Shown: in pieces, positions 16,918 to 21,335 of the stretch | How positions within the stretch are numbered: position 1 is the first letter of the stretch | Layout of the letters: every line of letters begins with the position of its first letter | NCBI GenBank assembly: GCA_046758745.1 | Contig: JBHIAV010000048.1 | Span: 1 to 21,335, forward strand | Direction of reading: 5' to 3' | DNA: 21,335 bases | Source: Gemmatimonadota bacterium | Lineage (GTDB): Bacteria > Gemmatimonadota > Gemmatimonadetes > Palauibacterales > Palauibacteraceae | Notes under the pieces: model-generated | Told to the model about the DNA's origin: nothing | The model's database searches: none | Seen by the model: only the letters and a program-made list of their open reading frames with translations | Translations under genes and position numbers: made by a program

Positions 16918-17928
16918 TTGGCTTTCCCCGTGCCTGGCCCGAGTCCCCTTGAGACGCCGTTCACCCGGCACGCCGGCGTCGAGGTGCCCCTCATCTGCGG
17001 GGCGATGTACCCGTGCAGCAATCCGGAGCTCGTCGCGGCGGCCTCCGAGGCTGGCGCGATCGGCATCATGCAACCGATCTCTCTCACCTACGTGCACGGG
17101 CACGAGTACCGGGAGGGGCTGCGGCTCATTCGGCGTCTCACGTCCAGGCCCGTCGGCATGAACGCCCTCATTGAGGCCTCCTCGAAGACGTACCGGCGGC
17201 GGATGGAGCGGTGGATCGACGTCGCGCTGGAGGAGGGCATTCGCTTCTTCATCACCTCCCTCGGAAAGCCCCGCTGGGTGGTGGACCGAGTGCGACCGGC
17301 CGGAGGCGTCGTGTACCACGATGTGACCGAACGGAAGTGGGCCCTCAAGGGGCGGGATGCGGGTGTGGATGGGCTCATCTGCGTGAACCGCCGGGCGGGT
17401 GGTCACGCCGGAGAGAAGAGCGCGGAGGAGCTCATCGAGGCGCTGGCCGACCTCGGCCTTCCACTCATATGTGCCGGCGGGGTAGGCACCGAGCGGGAGT
17501 TCGTCGAAGCGCTGGAGCTCGGGTACGCGGGGGCGCAGCTCGGCACCCGCTTCATCGCGACGTGCGAGTGCCGGGCCAGCGCCGCGTACAAGGAGGCGAT
17601 TCTCCGGTCCGGCGAAGAGGACATCGTGCACAGCGAACGAATCACCGGTGTGCCGCTCGCAGTCATCCGCACAGCGTACATCGAGCGGGTCGGGCTGAAG
17701 GCGGGCCCTGTGGCCCGCCGGATGCTGCGCGGCCGCCGAACCAAGCACCTGATGCGGACGATCTACGCGCTCAGGTCGGCCTGGCAGCTGAAGCGGGCTT
17801 CCCTGGACGAGAGTGGGGAGAAGGACTTCTGGCAGGCCGGAAAGAGCGTGGCGGGAATCCGGTCCATCGAGCCCGCCGGGGAGATCGTTCGGCGCTTCGC
17901 CGCCGCGGCCCGGGCGGCGCTGGGGTAG
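16918..17928 (+). CDS. Nitronate monooxygenase / FabK-like flavin oxidoreductase
   Basis: PLICGAM, ELVAAASEAGAIG, AGGHAG, ICAGGVG, GAQLGTRFIAT and WQAGKSV motifs. The start is uncertain (CTG 16906 overlapping the upstream stop, TTG 16918 or GTG 16930). Confidence 0.9.
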   Translation: MAFPVPGPSPLETPFTRHAGVEVPLICGAMYPCSNPELVAAASEAGAIGIMQPISLTYVHGHEYREGLRLIRRLTSRPVGMNALIEASSKTYRRRMERWIDVALEEGIRFFITSLGKPRWVVDRVRPAGGVVYHDVTERKWALKGRDAGVDGLICVNRRAGGHAGEKSAEELIEALADLGLPLICAGGVGTEREFVEALELGYAGAQLGTRFIATCECRASAAYKEAILRSGEEDIVHSERITGVPLAVIRTAYIERVGLKAGPVARRMLRGRRTKHLMRTIYALRSAWQLKRASLDESGEKDFWQAGKSVAGIRSIEPAGEIVRRFAAAARAALG

Positions 17929-17965
17929 GCGCCGGGTCTTCGCCGCCGGGCAGCGCTGGGGTAGG
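17895..17965 (+). repeat. Imperfect tandem duplication of the 3' end of the nitronate monooxygenase gene
   Basis: CTTCGCCGCCGCGGCCCGGGCGGCGCTGGGGTAGG (17895-17929) versus CTTCGCCGCCGGGCAGCGCTGGGGTAGG (17938-17965). Confidence 0.8.
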
Positions 17966-18112
17966 GGGGCCGCGCTCCGCCGCAAGCGTGTGGGCCAGCA
18001 GGCGGAGGGATCAGGCCGAGGGTGGATGGGCGGCTCGCAGGGAAGCCAAGACCTCGCCGTTCGCCCAGTGGTCATAGGCGAGGAGCCGGCGGAACGTGTC
18101 GATGGTGTTCAT
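17966..18112 (-). pseudogene. DinB-family pseudogene (internal stop, 3' truncated)
   Basis: MNTIDTFRRLLAYDHWANGEVLASLRAAHPPSA*SLRLLAHTLAAER. The YdhWAN and LAH..aE motifs are DinB-like; ATGA overlap with the upstream stop; TGA at 18011-18013. Confidence 0.78.
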
Positions 18113-18522
18113 GGCTGCGTCTCCGTCCGATACGCTTCCTGGAGCCAGCCGCGGACCTCCCCGTCAAGCTCCGCGACGTCGCGCACCGTGAAGTGATGGA
18201 CGTGCGTGCGCGGACCGAGCGTCTCGATCCGGGTGATGCGTGGACTCTCCACCCGGCGGGGGAGGATCAGGTGCGCGCGTAGACCGCGAGGCCCCAGCGA
18301 GTTCACCGCCGCGAAGATCGTCCGCACCTGGAGACCCACTCGAGTCTTCGCCGGCGCCAGGGTGAGCGGACCGCACTCGCGTGCCGCCCGCACGAACGCC
18401 TCGAACAGCGTGCGAGCCTCGTGGCCTTTTCCTTCCAGGAAGCCCTCCACGGTGAAAGGGCCGCAGGAGTGCCACTGGTTTCGGTTGGCGAAACGCCGCC
18501 CGCACTTCGGGCAGCGCCACAT
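18109..18522 (-). CDS. DUF5655-like protein with N-terminal CxxC...HxC motif (137 aa)
   Basis: MWRCPKCGRRFANRNQWHSC, PAKTRV, HVHHF and ELDGEVRGWLQEAY motifs. Confidence 0.82.
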   Translation of the reverse strand: MWRCPKCGRRFANRNQWHSCGPFTVEGFLEGKGHEARTLFEAFVRAARECGPLTLAPAKTRVGLQVRTIFAAVNSLGPRGLRAHLILPRRVESPRITRIETLGPRTHVHHFTVRDVAELDGEVRGWLQEAYRTETQP

Positions 18523-18572
18523 CGAGGCGCACCGTGCTGGCCGATCCCCGGTGCGCTGAGTCCGACCATTCG

Positions 18573-18980
18573 TCACGAGCGTGTTTCTGTTAGGTAGTCG
18601 CCGGATGGAATGCGTCGTCCCTCGTCGACGCTCGGGACATAGAAGTAGACCCAGCACCTCACCGGGTCGCGGCCGGCCGGATACACGGCCTCGAGCCGGC
18701 GCTCGAAGAGGTAAGGCGGCGGATTCTCCGGTCCGCACCCTTCGTACCCATCGAGTTCGGGTAGCGAGAGCTCCGGGTCGTGAAGCTCGTACAGCTCGCC
18801 GTGTACCCAATCGTCGCTCGAGAGCGCCTCCTTGAGCCCCGGGTACGCACCCACGTCGTACAACCTGCCTCGCGCCCGGGCCCGCCCAAGGCATCGTGCG
18901 TGCCGATCGAGCAGCTCGGCCATGCGGTCACCGCTCTCCCGACGGAGCGTCCCGTACACGAACAAGCGAGGATTTAACAT
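18573..18980 (-). CDS. Gamma-glutamylcyclotransferase (AIG2/YtfP-like)
   Basis: LFVYGTLR, GRLYDVGAYPG, VHGELY, LDGYEG, CWVYFY and IPSGDY motifs. Confidence 0.92.
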   Translation of the reverse strand: MLNPRLFVYGTLRRESGDRMAELLDRHARCLGRARARGRLYDVGAYPGLKEALSSDDWVHGELYELHDPELSLPELDGYEGCGPENPPPYLFERRLEAVYPAGRDPVRCWVYFYVPSVDEGRRIPSGDYLTETRS

Positions 18981-19045
18981 TGCCGCTGCCCCCGTCGTCT
19001 CCTCTCATGGACGCGGCGACGTGCGATGCGGCCGCGACGGCTCGG

Positions 19046-19108
19046 GACCGCCGGGAGAACGTGCGCGATCGTCGGGAGGACGTGCGCGACCGCAGGGAGG
19101 ACCGTCGC
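19046..19108 (+). repeat. Three 21-bp tandem repeats encoding DRRENVR/DRREDVR/DRREDRR, in a short ORF (19007-19156)
   Basis: Units at 19046-19066, 19067-19087 and 19088-19108; several differences between units are synonymous. Confidence 0.75.
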
Positions 19109-19260
19109 GGTCGCCGGCACGGCCACCATCACCGGCAACCCCATCGGCACGGCTAGAAGGGCGCAACGCTTCGGCTTCGGCACCTGAGAGAGCCCGGCCC
19201 GCGAACCACCGCGCGGACCGGGCTTCCCTCATCGTCCCTTCCGTACGGCCGGCCTCCGCC

Positions 19261-19476
19261 TCAGCCGCCCGCCTCGTGCTTGAAGGAGACCTTCACCTTG
19301 GCCCGGTAGGTGCGCACCTTGCCGCCCTCGAGCTGCATGTCGAGCTCGCTGACCTCCGCGATACGAAGGTCGCGAAGCGTTTGAGCGGCGGTCTCCACCG
19401 CCGCCGCAGCCGCCCTCTCCCACGACTCCGTGCTGCTGCCGACCAGCTCGATCACCTTGTAGACGCTCTCTGCCAT
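19261..19476 (-). CDS. Dodecin family flavin/nucleotide-binding protein
   Basis: SVYKVIELVGSSTESWE, LRDLRIAEV and YRAKVKVSFK motifs; RBS AAAGGAG. Confidence 0.93.
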   Translation of the reverse strand: MAESVYKVIELVGSSTESWERAAAAAVETAAQTLRDLRIAEVSELDMQLEGGKVRTYRAKVKVSFKHEAGG

Positions 19477-19591
19477 CGGGATCTCCTTTCGTGGATGGGT
19501 CTGAGGGTTGGTAGAGATCTCGGTCCGGCCCGAAACACGTTACAGCCGCTCGGCGCGTGTGGACAGACCGGCGGTGCTCCTCGGCGACAGC

Positions 19592-20092
19592 CTAACGTTC
19601 CGGTGCCTCCGGCCACTCCTCGTCAGGATTCACTGGAGGTGGCTGGTCCGGTCCGAGGTTGCGGGGATCAATCGCCGCCATGATGAAGTTCTCGGGCGGG
19701 ACCGGGGAGCCGGCCAGTCGCCGCAGCATCGCCAGCTGCCCGGCGTGCGTCATGGCGTCGGCGAACGGGCCCTGGAGCATCCGCTCCGGGGTCGTGTCGC
19801 GGAACGGCGTGCCGGCGTCGAGGTGGCGGCCGAGGTCCTCCAGGATTTCGTGGAAGCGCCGCACCTCCGCCTCGAAGCTGTCGAGCTTCTTGGGCCGCCA
19901 TGTGCCACCGACGAAGAAGGTGCGCGCGTAGCCGAGCACGCTGGTCATGTGGAGCAGAAGCTCGTGCGGCGTGCGTACCTTTGGAGCGACGCGGAATGTG
20001 GCATATTCCGGAGGCGCTTCCCGCAGCGCCTTCTGGGTGCGGTAGGCGATGGAAGCCAGAAAGTGCTTTAACAACAAACGCTTATCATCCAT
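19592..20092 (-). CDS. DinB/YfiT-like four-helix-bundle protein (166 aa)
   Basis: RTPHELLLHM and PFADAMTHAGQLAMLRRLAGSPV motifs; ATG at 20092. Confidence 0.8.
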   Translation of the reverse strand: MDDKRLLLKHFLASIAYRTQKALREAPPEYATFRVAPKVRTPHELLLHMTSVLGYARTFFVGGTWRPKKLDSFEAEVRRFHEILEDLGRHLDAGTPFRDTTPERMLQGPFADAMTHAGQLAMLRRLAGSPVPPENFIMAAIDPRNLGPDQPPPVNPDEEWPEAPER

Positions 20093-20308
20093 AGTATCAA
20101 GCCGCTTCTCCAACAGCTCCGGCGCTCCGAACTCGGACTCGCAGGCAGGGCGACTTCGACGTCGGACCTGCTGCTCCGAACCGGGATCGGGCTCGAGGCC
20201 GCGCAATCTCACATCGGCGCGGGCGTCTCCGCCACTAAACGGATTGCCGGCTGGTCCCATCCTACGATCAGTGGCTCGGGTTTTCCCGATTTCTCGCGGA
20301 GGAGCTTC

Positions 20309-21094
20309 GTGCGGCTCGCGCTTCGTTTCTGGGCTCATCTCGCCCTGTGGGCGGGGATACTCCTCATGATCCTGACGGCGATCTCCCTGTTTACCGGCCA
20401 GCCAGGGGCGACCGTGCTGGCCCAGCTCGCCGCGTGGTCCGGGCTGGCTCTCGCTCTGGCGGCGTTCCCGGCCGGGGTGGCCATCTCGTCGGAGGCGCTC
20501 CCGAAGGGGCGCCGGGTAGCCCGGAGGGCGGCCGCCGCTGCTGCGGCCGCGGCGTCCGTCTCCCTTCTGATCTTCGTTCTGGGAAATTGGGTAGGGCCGG
20601 CCGCTCAGCAATGGCTCGCCGGGCGGCCCGGTCCGGCCGTGGAGGTCGCGGACGCTGCACGCATGTCGCTCGGTGAGCTGAGCAGCGAAGTCGACGCCGC
20701 CGTGGCGAGGGCGCGAGCCGCCGGGAGCGGACCGGAAGCCGTACGCTCGTGGCAGGCGGCCAATCGGCTCGGCTGGCACCTCATCATGAGGACGGACGGG
20801 GCACTCCTGCCGCTTCTTCTGGGGCTGATCGGCGTCCTCACCGGGTTCTGGTCCCGGTGGTTCCCTCGGCCCGAGCTCCGCCATGCGCAGCTGTGGGCGA
20901 TGGGGCTCTTCCTCGTCATGTCCACCTATCTGGTCGGTGAGAACAGCTACGAGCTGATCGTGCTTCGCTCCGCGGGACCGATGTTCTTCGCCGGAGACCT
21001 GGTGCTCGTAGTCCCCGCTCTTCTGCTCGTCGGCCTGGGATGGCCGACTCTGGTCACGCTGTGGGACCGACGGAGCAGGAGAGGAGACGCTTGA
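20309..21094 (+). CDS. Polytopic membrane protein, LptF/LptG-like TM core without the periplasmic beta-jellyroll
   Basis: RBS GGAGGAG before GTG; about six TM segments. SLLIFVLGNWVGPAAQQ recalls LptG GEWVAP; RMSLGEL and HLIMRTDGALLPLLLGLIG recall the post-jellyroll region. Confidence 0.65.
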   Translation: MRLALRFWAHLALWAGILLMILTAISLFTGQPGATVLAQLAAWSGLALALAAFPAGVAISSEALPKGRRVARRAAAAAAAAASVSLLIFVLGNWVGPAAQQWLAGRPGPAVEVADAARMSLGELSSEVDAAVARARAAGSGPEAVRSWQAANRLGWHLIMRTDGALLPLLLGLIGVLTGFWSRWFPRPELRHAQLWAMGLFLVMSTYLVGENSYELIVLRSAGPMFFAGDLVLVVPALLLVGLGWPTLVTLWDRRSRRGDA

Positions 21095-21335
21095 GCCGAC
21101 TCGTCGGCCTCGAACTCGCGGGCTTTCATTCCGGCGATGGGGAGCTCTTCCGACGGCTGGTGGAGCAGCACTCGCCGCGGCTCCTGGCGATCGCGCGATC
21201 CTTCGCCGCCGATGTCGAGGAGGCGCACGATCTCGTTCAGGAGACGTGGCGGCGCGCCTTCGAGAAGCGTCGCACGTACAGGGGCTCCGGAACGCTCTCC
21301 GGCTGGCTCTACGCGGTGTGTCGCAGCGTGTGCCT
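21091..21335 (+). CDS. ECF (sigma-70 family) RNA polymerase sigma factor, running off the window end
   Basis: Not in the ORF track. TTG 21091 overlaps the upstream stop (TTGA) after AGGAG. GDGELFRRLVEQHSPRL, EEAHDLVQETW and GWLYAVCR correspond to region 2. Confidence 0.9.
   Translation, partial: MSRLVGLELAGFHSGDGELFRRLVEQHSPRLLAIARSFAADVEEAHDLVQETWRRAFEKRRTYRGSGTLSGWLYAVCRSVC

Noticed and set aside
18011..18013. In-frame TGA in the DinB-like frame as selenocysteine or readthrough
   Set aside because: The frame is truncated about 13 codons later and the position is not an obvious Cys site, so a nonsense mutation is simpler.
18588..18594. ACCTAAC on the minus strand near the GGCT 3' end
   Set aside because: No complementary L boxes and no downstream GTTRRRY, so it is not an attC.
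19046..19108. CRISPR interpretation of the short repeats here and at 3396-3433
   Set aside because: The units are adjacent or only 8 bp apart, with no proper spacers and no cas genes.
19590..19596. GCCTAAC / GTTAGGC at the end of the DinB-like gene
   Set aside because: An isolated core box in the wrong orientation for a cassette end, with no L arms or partner box.

Overview
GC-rich bacterial DNA; the gene style (Ig-like lipoproteins, attC types) suggests Gemmatimonadota, but that is inference only. Bases 1-4600 are a decaying integron cassette array with no integrase in the window. It holds an IS481-like end, two recognisable attC sites (64-179, 1469-1542), several broken or half attC sites, an IS481 transposase remnant inside one attC, five co-oriented genes (DUF5655, hypothetical, secreted TPR protein, ICMT/PEMT-like methyltransferase, DUF3224) and 3' stubs of lost genes that still end in attC sites. 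The rest looks chromosomal: hemolysin III/PAQR protein, CLC-CBS-TrkA_C transporter, a large Ig-like/HExxH metallopeptidase lipoprotein with a small lipoprotein, thrS, an acyl-CoA desaturase with a long amphipathic tail, an in-frame DUF4442::PhzF chimera, a Tat-exported PqqB-like hydrolase, a hotdog-fold protein, a nitronate monooxygenase/FabK-like protein, a DinB pseudogene, a second DUF5655, a gamma-glutamylcyclotransferase, dodecin, a DinB-like protein, and an LptF/G-like membrane protein lacking the periplasmic jellyroll that overlaps an ECF sigma gene. All family calls are by-eye motif recognition; no searches were run.
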